From Eledone cirrhosa (taxonomy: Eukaryota): a stretch of DNA of 64,000 nt. The stretch lies in the NCBI GenBank assembly GCA_964016885.1, contig OZ024740.1, positions 241,986,001 through 242,050,000 on the forward strand, in the 5' to 3' direction. The notes beneath the pieces were generated by a model that was given only the letters and a program-made list of their open reading frames with translations, did no database searches and was not told where the DNA came from. Positions within the stretch are counted from its first letter, which is position 1, and the number at the start of each line of letters is the position of its first letter. The position numbers were made by a program, and so were the translations under genes. Below, piece by piece: positions 13,868 to 28,206 of the stretch.

Positions 13868-14063
13868 ACGTTATTCCGGGTTGAATCGGAGGTAACCACA
13901 GTAAGTAAGGTACTCAATACATTGCAGAGTATAAAAGTTTTAATATAGATGAGATTCTACAGGACTAGAACTGTTTCATTCTTTAGAAATCATCAGAGAT
14001 TCCTGATGATTTCTAAAGAATGAAACAGTTCTAGTCCTGTAGAATCTCATCTATATTAAAACT
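13868..14063. mobile_element. Fold-back family A, second copy
   Basis: Palindrome 13936-14063 with hammerhead core 14003-14036; (TA)n flanks. Confidence 0.75.
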
Positions 14064-14068
14064 ATATA

Positions 14069-14148
<80 letters not shown>

Positions 14149-14778
14149 AATATATATATATATTTAAAAGAATAGAGGTGTAACATATATATGTATATAA
14201 GCAGGGTGTCTCAAAAAAAAAAAAATATATATATATATGTATATATGTGTGTGTGTGTGTATATGGGTACTTAACATTCAGGAAAAGTGGTCGGAATACT
14301 TACCAGTAAAGTTGATAGTAAAGGGATGTATAGCGTTGAAGGTATCATCGTCAGCTGTGGCTGATGCTAGTAATATAAATCTATGCGTTATGTTAAGCCT
14401 CTTTCGCTGCCTCTCACCGTAGTCAGCTGTAGAATTCTGCTATTTGTTATTCATTCTTTCAGCGAGTTCTTCTTATATGTCGCTTGGAACATTCAATGGT
14501 TTAGCACCATTGACGTCACATGTCATGCTAGGTTACGTGAGCATAAAGACGGTTTGTCTCTTGAAAGATAGTTTGGAAGAACAAAAGCTTCTGTATATTT
14601 ACTTTCTTCAAACTTGAATAAATTAAATCTTTAGTTTTAACAACATCAGCATCATCATCATCAGCAATATCAGCAACAATTTATATTTATTTGTTTACTA
14701 TTAATTTTTTTTTACCAAATACGGAAAGCTTAATACTTAATGCTTCCTACGTGAAATTTCACTGCAACCGGATTTTGG

Positions 14779-14827
14779 TTAGTAGCGTAAGTAGTAGTAC
14801 TAGTAGTGGTGGTGGTGGTAGTAGTAT

Positions 14828-14877
<50 letters not shown>

Positions 14878-14929
14878 TTGGTGGTGGTAGTAGTAGTAGT
14901 GCTGGTGGTGGTGATAGTAGTAATACTAG

Positions 14930-15009
<80 letters not shown>

Positions 15010-15046
15010 CTGGTGGTAGTAGTAGTACTAGTAGTAGTAGTAGTGC

Positions 15047-15085
<39 letters not shown>

Positions 15086-15158
15086 CAGTAGTAGTAGTAG
15101 TATTAGTAGTACTAGTAGTAGTAGTAGTAGTAGTAGCAGTAGCAGCAGCAGCAGCAGT
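14779..15158. repeat. Degenerate (AGT)n/(GGT)n trinucleotide tract
   Basis: Direct reading. Confidence 0.95.
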
Positions 15159-15809
15159 AAGGTGTTCTTTATGTCCATCCAATATTCCGCTAGGATGCTA
15201 CCTGCATTGCTTTCTTTTGTGATATCAATAGAATAAATGAAAAACCTCGAAGTACTGTCTCCGTAACAGTTACATTGCACTTTTGACTACAGTAAAAAAC
15301 ATGTTCAGAAAGTCAGTGAATGGCTTTGTATTCGGGGCTTCCAGGTATTCCGATTAATCCTCAGTGTGCACTTGGAAGGTTCTTCTCGAACGCATAGGCC
15401 TGAGCAAGTTTCTCTTTTTTTTTTTAATTATTTTGATTGCTTTTGTTATTTATAAGTTCAATGCGGAAAACCTACAGTTGCTCTTTCGTGAAAATCTCCA
15501 TTCTTCACGACACCGACCTTCTCCGATGGAAAAGGCAGAGACGTTACAGCATGAAGGTAACACATATACTATTGTCAGAACGCAGGTATCAGAAACAAAT
15601 ATTACAAGCCACTAGTTCGATGCTACAAGGAACCATCCAATACACAATCTTAGACTAGTTCGTATTTTTCAATCCCAAAAAGTAAAAGGTAAAGTTGACC
15701 ATGTCGGATTCAGATTGAAAGAGGCTTGGAACAAATAACGCAAGGACAGCTATTTGACGTTTTAACGGCTCTGTCGGCTCTGTCATTTCACTCCTATATA
15801 TATATATAT

Positions 15810-16001
15810 CAGAAAGGGTGTGGTAAGATACCAGGTGGACCATAACCCACCAGAGTACCCCGACACTTGGGGTAGTAGAGTGGGTAATATGAAAAGATTC
15901 AGGGCCCCTACCGCTGAGCTCCGGCAGTTTCGACAATAGATCCGACAGTTCGGATCTAGCTGTCAAAACGGCTGGAGCTCAGCCGTCGGGGTCCCGAATC
16001 T

Positions 16002-16008
<7 letters not shown>
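15810..16008. mobile_element. (TA)n-flanked fold-back element, family D
   Basis: Imperfect arms ~15887-15945/15950-16008 plus a one-sided tail 15810-15886. Related unfolded fragments at 30381-30506 and 39811-39940. Confidence 0.65.
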
Positions 16009-16080
<72 letters not shown>

Positions 16081-16420
16081 TAATCGATAGAAGTAGGTAT
16101 AACACTCATTCAGTACCAAGTGTTTTGAAGCTCAACGTGTTAAACATCTTTGGAGAATACAGATCATAATTCAATTTAGGTGAGTAACGAAAGTTTTTAT
16201 AGAGTTCAATTCAATTTATTCATTTCTACGATCCTCTTTCGGCCCCTGGGTTCCTTCTTTTGCACCATAAAAAAGGGGTTGCTTCTTTTGCAGTATAAAA
16301 ATAAGTCGAAATTGTACCTATATTATAAGAGACCATTGTGCTTTCGCAGAATTGAAAAAGTATATTATTTCTTTAACAATTTATTGTCTATAGATTTACT
16401 ATATTTAAAGTCATTATTAC

Positions 16421-16587
16421 ATCGGTAGAGGGTCGGACGCCATGCTTTCCAGCATAATTACGTCCCTTTACGATCTGAGTTCAAATCCCGCCGAGGTTGA
16501 CTTTGCCTTTCATCCTTACGGGGTCGATAAAATAAAGTACCAGTAATACACTGGGTAATTGCTGGCCTTGTGCCTAAAGTAGAAACA
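16421..16587 (+). mobile_element. SINE family S1
   Basis: B-box and conserved core as in the other S1 copies. Confidence 0.8.
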
Positions 16588-17663
16588 ATTATTACATGTT
16601 ATATAAACATCTATATACTGTTTAGATATATATATCATCATATGGAAACCTGCGGTATCAATGTAACATATATTGGCTTACTAGTACTTACAGTTTTAGA
16701 CGATCAACTTACGAATAAATCAACTAACGATTTATGGAACGTGCCTCGTTCGTAAGTTGGGAACTATATATATATATACGTGTGATGATGACAGACATGA
16801 GAATGAGTACTCAATACCGAAGTAGAGTTTAAATATTCTTTATTATGTATAAATGGTAAGTCGTGTTAGTCTGGTATTTCACCTGTGTACTCATATGATC
16901 GTAGAATGTTTCGCATACAGGCGGAATTATACCTGTAATATAAGTTTGTGCAACAGAATGGGGTGTGAGTTTGTGTGTGAGTAAACTTTGGGTCCGTGAA
17001 GAGGTCACAGAATAAAACACTCAGAATGCTAACACAGAATATGAACATGTTTTATCAAAACAATTTAACTAAATGCGTTTATATTTATTCGAGAATACCG
17101 TCCCAGACATACGTACACATACACTCGTACGCACACACATGCGTGCACACACAAACAGAGACACACAATCACATGCATAGTAAAGCATCTACCTTCCATA
17201 TATAGTATTGAGAAGAATAGTAGAACATTCGAAGCGGAGACTTTGGGCAGTTGGTAGAGGGGGTCTCTTCTCGAACCGTCTTTCTCCTACCCACTGCAGC
17301 AGCGTTCAAAAACAATTGACTTTCTCATTAATTTGGAATTAATCGACCTGGTCGAGTGAGATTGGGTGACAACTGGCCAAGCTGCGTTTCTTTTATTACG
17401 CTATTATGTCAAAAGAAGCATCCAGCCAATGATGTCACCATTCCATACATACATGGGATGTATGAAACCTGCACGAAAAAAACAAATTAATGGTTAGAAC
17501 AGGCATCACGTATTTATGGTGTCTACCGCCAACCTCATGTTGGGTAGTCCACACTCAACAAGGTAAAATAACCTGTCATATTTGTTTGGTCCATGGTGTG
17601 TATGGAGATAGACCAAATTTCAAAAGGCAGGTGTAAATTTAACAGCTGTTTAGTTGAAACAAG

Positions 17664-17998
17664 CGAAAATAATCAATCCCGATCAAAATAGGGACCTGGA
17701 ATGAGTAAACAATGTGTACCAGATTGGACAACACTGACATACAAATGACTAATTGCATTATTAAAAGAATGTGGATATGGGTAACCAAATAACAGCACTA
17801 AATGTTGACATTGCTTCCTGCAGGGGTCATTATAGGCTGACTCCGGGTCCTTGAAAGGGGAGAGTAACATGTTTTACTAACAGAGTAATAATTCGGGTGA
17901 GTGACACCTGCATAGAGTAGGCTTTGAGAGCCAATAATAAACTCCGTAACAGCATTTAATAGACCCAGTTCATAGAATGAGAGTATTCTATTCATAAC
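17664..17998. repeat. Unclassified interspersed repeat (inverse of 9178-9512)
   Basis: Reverse-complement identity with 9178-9512. Confidence 0.75.
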
Positions 17999-18089
17999 AT
18001 TAAATACTAAATCAAGCCTTGCAGACATTATTGGAGTATATACTCTCATTCTTCAAACAGACAACGAATGCAAGAAAAACAATTCTATG

Positions 18090-18750
18090 GTGATCTACTT
18101 AGAGTGGTAGACAACGACTTGGCTCATGAGGGATCCGATCACGATAATTGGCGTTTATGCTAAGGGGGGTTTCGAGATAGTAAAATTAGCCAAAATGGAT
18201 AGGGGCTACTATAGTTCTGCACTCACAAATCCCTCGTTGTAATAAACACATGCTGTAACGAAAAACAAAAAAACTATCGAAAACTTTCTTGGCATTACTT
18301 TAGACATGAACACCGCCATCAAATGAAATTTGTGTTGGTTTAAAAATGTCATCCCGACTCTGTAAAACCCACAAGATTATATAACAACTCTGACTGTGAC
18401 ACGGACCATTTCAATATTATTCCTAGGTCTAAAATAATAACAAAGCTGTTTCAGAGAATCAAGCAATCACGCAAGTTGAGGTTAAACTCTAGTAACATGA
18501 AATACATACAAAGAAAAGCAGCATACAGTAAACTAGTTGAGGGGCAGTTGAACAACTTGCACGATTCGTCTTCTGTTGGTGAAACTCGGAATTCCTTAAA
18601 GAATCTATGTTTGATACTGTTTGAAACAAATAAAGTTCTTAAACTGGATCGGGTTGAAGAAAATGCCCTTAAAGTTCATTGCAGAAAAAATAAAAGCGAA
18701 AATCCCTATTGAAACCAAACAAGAACATAATAAAATCCACAGTTTAGAGC
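18090..18750 (+). mobile_element. Heavily decayed RTE APE-endonuclease region
   Basis: Fragments NG*GLL*FCTHKSLVVINT, SWHY..D and SDCDTDH resemble RTE APE motifs. Confidence 0.45.
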
Positions 18751-18754
18751 ACTA

Positions 18755-18792
<38 letters not shown>

Positions 18793-18859
18793 GTGTGTGT
18801 GCGCGCGCGCGCGCGTGTGTGTAGATATATATTGAAAATACTTATGTTATTTTAGATAA

Positions 18860-19600
18860 AGAAATAAATGAGAGAATAAGACAAAACGCAGACTTTAAAT
18901 ACTTAGGAATCCATGAAGTAAACAGGAAGAACAAACATAAATAAAAAGTTAGGTTGGAAAAACATGTTAAAGACAGGTTAGATTAATATTTAAAACAAAA
19001 CTAAATGCCAAAAAAAAAAAAAGAAGAAATTTCATAATAATAGATATCGATATTCTAAGTTTTCCAGTAACCCGATATAGTTATAATATTCAGTGAATAA
19101 GTAATAATAAACCAAAGACAACAAATATAATGGCTGATGGGGAAAAAATATTTTCCACAAAGACACTACAAAACCATTAAAAGATATCCGCTGTAGGGAT
19201 AAACAAAATTAGTAAAGTACATAGTGCGACAAAAATACCTCCCTCATTTTAACGGTTGATCGTACAAAATAGGGGAGGTTTTTCTGTCGCACGCCGTATA
19301 ATAGAAAATTACTACAAATAGCTATCAAACACGAACAAATCATTAAATAAATATTTAAGGAAGTTACCAATTAGAAGGCAGAGACAATTGTGAGGATAGG
19401 GGAGAATCAACGACAACAATGTATGAAAAAAAAGCTAACTATTGGCTAATAGAACATGCTAAAACGATGGCAAAATACCCTAATAACGAAGGAAATAAAG
19501 AAAATCTCAGAAGCACAGCTTTCAAAACGAAAAACTGAAGGATTCTTTTTACTTCGTAAATGAAGCAGGCTACATTAACTGGAAAATATGTGATATAAAA
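18860..19600 (+). mobile_element. Heavily decayed R4/Dong-like RT C-terminal region
   Basis: Fragments DFKYLGIHE, RQVRLIFKTKLNAK and KRKTEGF. Confidence 0.45.
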
Positions 19601-20499
19601 AGTGTTTTTGTTTTAATTTGCGTATTATATATTTGTATAATGAATGAGTTTCATCTAGCATGACCTTTGCTAGTGCCGACAAGCTATAGGCCTAGTAGAC
19701 AAAAGGATCTGAAGTCAACTGGATAATTCTTCTTATTCCAGATCTTTTACCTTTTTTATAAAAAGAACCCCAGATATGTTCAAGTCAACTACAATATGAA
19801 TAAAAAGGATATACACCACCTGACAGTTCTTCAAAGAAACTAAATAGCTGGATGATCATAACCTACTTATTTTCTAGAATTTCTGAGAATATCTCAGATT
19901 CAATGTTGCTATTATAAAGTGATGCATTCTTTGAAAAATATTAATCTTTTTATCAATGGATCTATTTATGAGACTAAATATATACAAGCGTATGTTACAA
20001 CTTCAAGAAGGCTATTGGCCAGAGAGTAATAAATCACCGAGCATTATCTGTGTTTGCAAACTTTACAGAACTAATGTAAATATCTCTCGGGATTGCCCGC
20101 GGTATTTGATACTGCGTTAAATTTCATTTCCTGCTGTTTATACTAAAACCAACCACATACAAACTAACTGTTTTTAATTGATTAACTTAACCCCACTTTT
20201 ACAAGTGGTGCAATAACAGGTACCAATACCCCCACATACTCTTGTCTAAGAGATATTAATCACATTTATTCAATGAAACCTGATAAGATGTAACCAGGAG
20301 ATCCTTCTGCCACCCGGCACCACACCAAGCTGCTTTTCCCCGCAGCATTTCATATCAAAAGCAGAAACTGCCAAGCTGACCAATCACCACTCAGTTTCAA
20401 CGGCTTAAGTTTGTTCAGGGAGTTCTCAGAATTCGAATCAGGGTCCTCGTTCCTTTATATCATTCTTTTCCATGTTGGGACGGGATATCCGACATGCAA

Positions 20500-21330
20500 T
20501 GCATAGGTTTGCTGCCGAGTGCTGACAGGCGGGGATGAAAAGTATTACTGCGAAGACTGAGACACTCATCCTCTCAAGAAAGCCTGCACAATGCACTCAG
20601 CATGTGACTGGAGTTCCACTGAAGCAAGTAGAGAAGTATCCCAAGGTTGTCTTCATGAGTTGTGGGAGGCAGGAGGCTAAATTAAAAACAATAATTGCAG
20701 AAGCTGGTGCAATAATCGTTTCTACGTTAAGCACAAGGCCAGCAATTACCCAGTGTATTACTGGTACTTTATTTTATCGACCCCGTAAGGATGAAAGGCA
20801 AAGTTAACCTCGGCGGGATTTGAACTCAGAATGGCAAGGGCCATAACTCTATGCGTCAAAGCATGGCGTCTGACCCTCTACCGATACTGCCAATCCACCG
20901 CCTTGGTGGTGCAATAATGCGCCTCTTTCAGCACTCGGAAAACAGGATGTAGGTGTAAAAGCCAAACTCGCTATATTTAGGACGTTTTTCATGCCTACCC
21001 TTACTTGTGGTCATCAATATTGGATAATGACCGAAAGAATACGATCGCGAATACAAGCGGCCGGAATGCGGTTCTTCCGAAGTGTCTTTAGAATAACGTT
21101 ACTCGATAGGGTGCGTATATCGGAGATCAGAGAGTTACTCCAAGTAGAAATTTAATGATCACATCTCCGATACAATGGGCGTGTAGTTTGAATTACTTGT
21201 CATATTTTAAGGGTTTGTGGTTAGAATTGTTTGTCAGAATTTAAGGGTGATGAGGTAGACCCAGAAGCAAAATATGAGCAAGATAGTTGAATAATATACA
21301 CGAGCTCGGTACGTCTCACTTGGGGATGCA
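20500..21330 (+). mobile_element. Decayed RTE-clade LINE (Rex3/Expander-like) 3' part, interrupted by a SINE
   Basis: KTETLILSRKP...LKQVEKY and VKAKLAIF...PTLTCGHQYWIMTERIRSRIQAAGMRFLR. Confidence 0.7.
20716..20903 (-). mobile_element. Full-length SINE family S1
   Basis: GGCGGTGGATTGGCAGTATCGGTAGAG head, B-box and core; apparent GGTGCAATAAT target-site duplication on both sides. Confidence 0.85.
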
Positions 21331-21664
21331 GTTTTGATGGGGTACAATGGACTGAGTAAGATGGTCGGAAAAAAGGATGAATTGTTCCTGTGATTATAGC
21401 GCACTTTGATATGTGATTAAAAAGGCAGTTTATTTAATCTCTACTAAGCAATGTTGCACCGATCTGTGTACAGTCATTATAGAGTTCGATATATGTTGAT
21501 TATTTTCAAATCCATGCATGTTAATTCATTAATGTATTTTCATCAACCTGAACAAAAATGAAAAACAATGTTTATAAAATAGGTTTTTCTAGTGGAGCCA
21601 TGACTTCCTGGATTTCATGTTCAAAATAGAAGGAAATATGTAGAACTAATTTTTGAGACACTCT

Positions 21665-22130
21665 ACATCGGAATGGAGTTTCCCTGAAGCAGGTGGAGAA
21701 GTTCAACTATCTTGGGGCCATGTTCACGAGTGATGGTAGGCAGGAGGCTGAATTAAGTGCAAGAATTTCAGGAGCTGGGGCAGTAATGCTCTAGCTTCAG
21801 CATTCGGTAATCAGAAAAAGGGAAGTAGGTGTAAAAGCCAAACCCATTCACTTTAATTAGGTGCCAACCCTTACCTATGGTCATGAATCTTGGGTAATGA
21901 CCGAAAAAATACAATCGCAAATACAAGCAGCCGAAATGGGATTGCTCCGAAGGGTCTTTGAAGTAACGTTACTCGATAGAGTACGTTGCTCAGAAATAAG
22001 AGAGTCACTCCAGATAGAGCCGCTACTTCTCCGAATTGAGAGATCATAGCTCCGATATGGGCATGTGGTCAGAATGTCACAAGAAAGAATCGCTGGACAT
22101 ATTTTACGGACAAAACCAACAAGAAGAAGC
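21665..22130 (+). mobile_element. RTE-clade LINE fragment
   Basis: QVEKFNYLG; PTLTYGHESWVMTEKIQSQIQAAEMGLLRRVFEVTLLDRVRCSEIRESLQIEPLLLRIERS. Confidence 0.8.
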
Positions 22131-23181
22131 TAACAAAACACTTCTCAATTATACGAGAGATCTACTTACACTCTCTTCCTTTATATATTATCAAAAATAG
22201 AAAGAGCAGAAGCCATTACCTTTTTCGGGACCTCTAATTGTGAGGGAAAGGGGGGAAGTTATCCTCACACCGGAAACTCACCCAAATGTTGGCAATAGAC
22301 TGAAATTTATTTAAGGCACCCATAGGACATTTGGTGATATCAAACAAGATGCCGGATTACATGTAAACCCCCCCCCCCCCAACAGGAACGTCTCTCTGAC
22401 GTTTACCAAATTTCCTTCAGAAGTATTTGACTAATCCAAGACTATGAGAGAATATACTGACCAGTAGGTTCGAATCCGAAACCAAATTACAAATCGAAAT
22501 TCTTAATCACACAGCAGCCATGTCTGAGCCTTCATATTATTGTTGTTTAGCCCAATATCAGACCTTATCGAGCAGACTTATAAATATGTTCTAACCTGGA
22601 TCATCCTGTCTATTTGTATGGTTAGGACTACTATTACTCAATCCGCTATGTTTTACATAAGAATGTTTGTGCGATCTGAGGCTTCCTTCATTGGATTGTA
22701 AAAAATTATGTTGTTATTGTTGTTTTTTTTATTGTCTCTTAGCACCACATCAGTCATGTTCTAGTAGGCCTATGATCAAAAGCATTTCAGATATGACCAT
22801 TCCGTCATCTTTAAAGTCATTATGTACTCCGAACTGCATTATTTAGTGTACATTTTAGTCGCATTGGTGTCATTTGAAAGAAAGTAGGCTGTTACTACTA
22901 ACATATAGAGTGACCACGTGGATCATTCTTGTTGGTTTGTATGGAATTAGTATATTTAATAGCGTAAAAGGCCCGAAGACACATACGAATCCCATCTCAC
23001 ATCATTTTAGCAGAGAATATTCAGAAAAAAAGACATGGTTATAATTGCAAGTAAGTTCTTAAAGTTATCAAAACATGTAGCATAAAATCAGTATCGAAGA
23101 AAAGCAACGGCAACAAAGAACGCTGAAAAAACATGCAAGTATACGGGAAGAAAAACTAGGAAAATGAAATTGAGTCTTAGA

Positions 23182-23490
23182 AGGCACGTGGTTTAGTGGT
23201 TAGGTTGTTTAGCTCACGATCGTAAGGTTGTGGGTTTCATTACTGGCCTGCGTGGCACATTGTGTCCTTGAACAAGGCACTTTATTTCACATTGCCCCAA
23301 TCCAATTAGCTGGCAAAAATAAGTTGTACCTGTAGAAGGGGTCAGCTTTGTCAAACATCGTGTTACGCTGGATCTACGTAAAAGATGCTCGTGTATGTGG
23401 AGAGCTCAGTCAAATACACGTTAATATTATGAGCAGGCAGTTCTATTGATTGAATCAACTGAAGCACTCGCCGTTGAAAACGGCGAAGGA
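23182..23490 (+). mobile_element. tRNA-head SINE, second family
   Basis: A-box-like TGGTTTAGTGGTTAG, decayed B-box and core TGTGTCCTTGAACAAGGCACTT. Confidence 0.6.
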
Positions 23491-23927
23491 CCAGCAACAA
23501 CATGTCATTAAATGCTGTGTGATTTGCAGAAGATGAATTGAGAAAACGAATTCTCAACCACTTGCCAAATACGTTAGTAATATTTTAGTGACATTGTCTA
23601 AATACAAATTCTGTCCTGCAAAGAATTCTATGAAGTTTATGACGAATTTTAATTCCTCAAAGATTCACGTCATACAACTCAATTGTCTTAGATTTGACTA
23701 TTTATCGTAGATGTTTGCGAGATAAATTGCTATTGAAATACTTTATTTCTTTGTAAGGTTATGACATGATTGTATGAAACGAATTCTTTACCAACACTTC
23801 GAATAATTCGAGGTCATATCTCATTCGAAACGATTGTAAGAGACTAATTACGATTTTTTATGACAGAAGAAGAATTTTCCATTAACACATTTGTCCACGC
23901 ACACACACACACACATATATGTGTGTG

Positions 23928-23961
<34 letters not shown>

Positions 23962-24289
23962 CGTGTTTCATAATTCATACCACCGAATTTGATGATAATA
24001 TTGTGAGTGCTTAGTAAGCGGAATAAATAAAAATTATATTTACGAACCTCCAATACAGACGAAGGTAAGATAATATCAAAAATATATTTAATTTAATTTT
24101 TTTTTTTTTTAAATTAACATAAATAAATAAGAGATTCTAATAACGTAGGCATTGAGATGTTCCTCCCTCTAGGCATTGAGATGTTCCTCCCTCTACACCC
24201 GTATCTGTTCAACATTACAACCCAGGACTCAGAAAAACTACAAATAGTAAATCAACCTGTGTAAAATGTAGCTGTAGGATTTCTGACAA

Positions 24290-24520
24290 TTGCCCATTTC
24301 TGATGCAGGCATATAAGGGAATATGTAATGTATAGATGCAATGTTCTTCTGGCAAATTTTATATAGGAGCCACCTCAAATTCGTTTCAAGAACATTACCA
24401 TTCGCATGTAAATTCTTATGAAATAGATGTCAAAATCATTTTACATCATTCGCAGAATTTATTTGGTCTCTACGTAATTCAAAGATACAATGTAATTTAA
24501 ATTGGTCGATTATAATTAAT
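24290..24520 (+). mobile_element. Decayed Penelope-like GIY-YIG fragment
   Basis: NCPF..EYVMYRCNV...FYIGATSNSFQEHYHSHVNS. Confidence 0.45.
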
Positions 24521-24719
24521 AATTGTTAATAAAAGAGATGGATATAAATATGATATATTAGATTGATTAGAATTTAATGCAGGTTTTGTTATTATTTCTT
24601 TTAATAATTTTTAAGAATAAAAAATAACGGGAGCTATATAAAATTATAAATTATGTTTTATGCTCGTTTTGTCTATGTAATCTAACTACAGCTTTGTCAA
24701 TTTTCAGATTTTTTAAAGC

Positions 24720-25010
24720 TAAAATGTCAAAACAGGATTGTCGACACGTTTACTTTTAAGATTCTAAACTTGGCAGCTCTACAGAACAAACAGCAGGAAA
24801 CATCTTTAAAGTTAGGGATCAATTAAGTTTTAATGAACGCAGAGTGCAACGTTGGTTTAAAACTTTTCGTTGTGGTGAATTCCCTATTGAAGGTAAGGAT
24901 AATTGCTGACGTCATTCTGCCAGTGACGACAATGAATTCAAAGCATCGCTAGAAGCAAATCTTCATACATTTGTTAGAAAACTTGCAGGAGAATTAACTG
25001 CAACATCGCC
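24720..25010 (+). mobile_element. Decayed mariner transposase N-terminus
   Basis: MSKQDCRHVYF*DSKLGSSTEQTAGNI...NERRVQRWFKTFRCGEFPIE (HTH region). Confidence 0.6.
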
Positions 25011-25494
25011 CCATATATCGTTTGAGAAACACATAGTATTTTGGACACATATATAAAGCACATGCTATTCAGAAAAATGTACATACTTTATATTGAGAAA
25101 AGCCATCATTTTCCTTACGGTGCCATTTCATAGTTCAAAATTCGTAGCGTAATAATCGATCTAAGTAATCAATTATGGATTACCAACTATCGTTATAGGT
25201 AAAGCTATGGAAGACTAATCATCAGAGAAATCGTTTTTAAATATATCCCGCACTGTACAAAATACCTTTATATCTATCAGGATCCGAGAGTTAGTTAGAA
25301 CCTCACATATGGCGTGAAAAACAGTTTCAACTACATATAGGACTGGATGTCGTATCGGCTAGAAAGAGGTGCGAAGTGCTACTCACAGTTTAATCAACTC
25401 AACAAATTAATGAATCTGGAGCAGTTATAAACTATATATGATAATTATGTTTCTCAATAAAATGGCTCAGAGCATCAATAATTCAAATTAAAAG

Positions 25495-25553
<59 letters not shown>

Positions 25554-25819
25554 CGCGTGCGTGCATGTGTGTGTATATTTACAATACACTACGATATAAT
25601 ACATATAGAGCATCTAATACAAGAATCACTGGGGTGTAGATCCCAATACAGTAATCTAAAATAAATATTAGTTAACTTTACTAGGACCTATGAGTAAGTA
25701 ATTTTGACTAAGGTATTCTATATGTATTACATCGTATCGTATTGTCGGCCCCCTTCGGCTACGAATGACCATACCCTGATTTTGCACGTAGAAAGTCCAT
25801 CCTACACCACCCCGAGGTT

Positions 25820-25892
<73 letters not shown>

Positions 25893-27319
25893 ACGCATAC
25901 GTTTTGTATATGTGAGTGCCTTACCACTTAAAAATGTTTTGTGACTGCGTGTTTCGAAAATTTCATTCTATCAATACTCCTCGAAATTCGGAGTCTTGCA
26001 ACACGCAAAGCTATTTCTAGTGGAACTTTTCTGGAAAAATTACAGAAATTGATAGCAATAAAGATAAATACTGATAATGGATTGAATGCAACTAACGTCT
26101 TAACCGAATTCTAAAAACTTAATATAAATATGAATCATCTGATATAAAAATTGAAACAACTATAATTGTTAGGTTATTGAGGGTAGGGTGGTTTTAGCAG
26201 CCGAGCTGACATCTGATCGAAAGCATTCTTGTCTTGACTATCCTGTTTTTATCAGGCGTAATGTATCAATTACTATTTTATTTAGTGTGTTTATCCTTTT
26301 TATTTCAAAACAGTGACCGCATACAGGCTCCTTCAATTGCTAGGTAGATTATCGGTTGGAAGAAAAAGCAAAAATAACCCCACAAGACTTAATATAATTA
26401 ACTTTATTTGAACGATGAGAAATAATCTGAAACTGTAACCAATTCAATGTAATTATTGAGACGGGAACCGTTGACCAGCAACAAATCCTTAATATACCGG
26501 ATCTTGTTATACGGTTTCATTTGTTCGAATATCCTTTAAGAAAATATGAGAATCTTAATTTTTTTCGTTAATTCTCTCCTCTGTTAGTTCTCTATCTCAA
26601 TTTCCTCCCATATATAATAAGAAAGAAACAGGATATTATAAAACGCAATATATTACATAACAATTAATGGCTTTATTAAATCTTTTCAAAATTTATAAAT
26701 AATTATAAAGAAAAATTTAATATAAAAACAATTAGCACATTGGAATAATGATATTTCAACCAATAGAATGAAGGATCTATGTGTTGGTAACGAAAGGTTA
26801 GTCAATTGACGAAAAGAATAGTACAGTGCATTGTATCCGTCGTTCTAATGACTCTGCCAATTTGCTGTCTGATACACAGCTTTTGAGTGTATGAATAAAA
26901 AGCAATGTTGATCTGATGGGGACTTAAGCTCAGAAAGAGAATTTATACCAAATACTAAATCGACCCTCCAGACTTAGCTTAATCCTGGGTAAGTTTGTAG
27001 AAAGGGTCTCATTGGGGTCCGGGGAAAAATTGATTATTTACCCCTACGGTTTTTCCAGTGATTTCAATGAATCTCACCTGCAACTCACAATCCATTCCTT
27101 TTTCCGAAAACGGAGCTTTTATTAGAGCGAATTCTTTTCTTTACTAGATTTTTTTTCTTTCTTTTTCGTGTTTTGAATGAATCTGACCTCTAACTAAGTC
27201 GCAAACGACTGCTGTGATAGACTAAATCGGCGGTTACGCAATAGATTCCTACACACTGCGTAGGAAGATATCATTGCATCACATCAGATACATTACACAA
27301 ACTCACACACACAAACACA

Positions 27320-27374
<55 letters not shown>

Positions 27375-28059
27375 TGTATATACATATATATACATACACA
27401 CACACTCGAGTTTGGTATTCATGTATATGTATGTGTCCGCATGTATCTGTGTGTTTCTCAATATATTGTTTATAACTCCCCCTGGTCGAGTAATCCTTGA
27501 AGTGTAATGACTGCTAGGAAGCTGCCATTACTCATACTTCTTGCCTCCTTAACCACATCTTCTACGGCCTCGATATGAATACCCCCTCCGCCTCCGTGGT
27601 ATTTTTTTCAGGGTTATAAGGAGCTTAGCTCTGTTTCTTGACCGTAGTATCACGTGATTGACTCCCCCTCCGCCTTTTGGGATTCTATCTCACATCTTAT
27701 AGACGTGCTCTTTGAAGCTAGTAAAATGAGGTATCCTCTTGATAAGTCGGCAGACCTCACAAAGGCTCTATATCTCTATGATGTATTGTTTTTGATTATG
27801 CCACGAAACTACGTAGTCGAGGAATCTAGAAGCAGTTTAGGTATGATACATCTTATTACTAATTATATCTAAATGTTTCTTCTCTCTTCATAATGTACTT
27901 TTAGCTCTGATACTTGTTCAGTCTAATCCATTCGGATTGGTTTGTCCCAGTTATTCATAGAGCAACATCGGTTAAGGTTTGCACCATTAACTCAAGGATG
28001 GATGTGGATATATTCATGTATATGTATGTGTCCGCATGTATCTGTGTGTTTCTCAATAT

Positions 28060-28189
<130 letters not shown>

Positions 28190-28206
28190 CGTATATATAC
28201 GTATAT

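Noticed and set aside
14691-15280. Poly-Ser/Thr/Leu/Val ORFs
   Set aside because: Open in several frames only because of the (AGT/GGT)n tract.
15478-15557. Possible host exon (CAG...AAG/GTAAC)
   Set aside because: Weak polypyrimidine tract, no recognisable protein and no partner exons.
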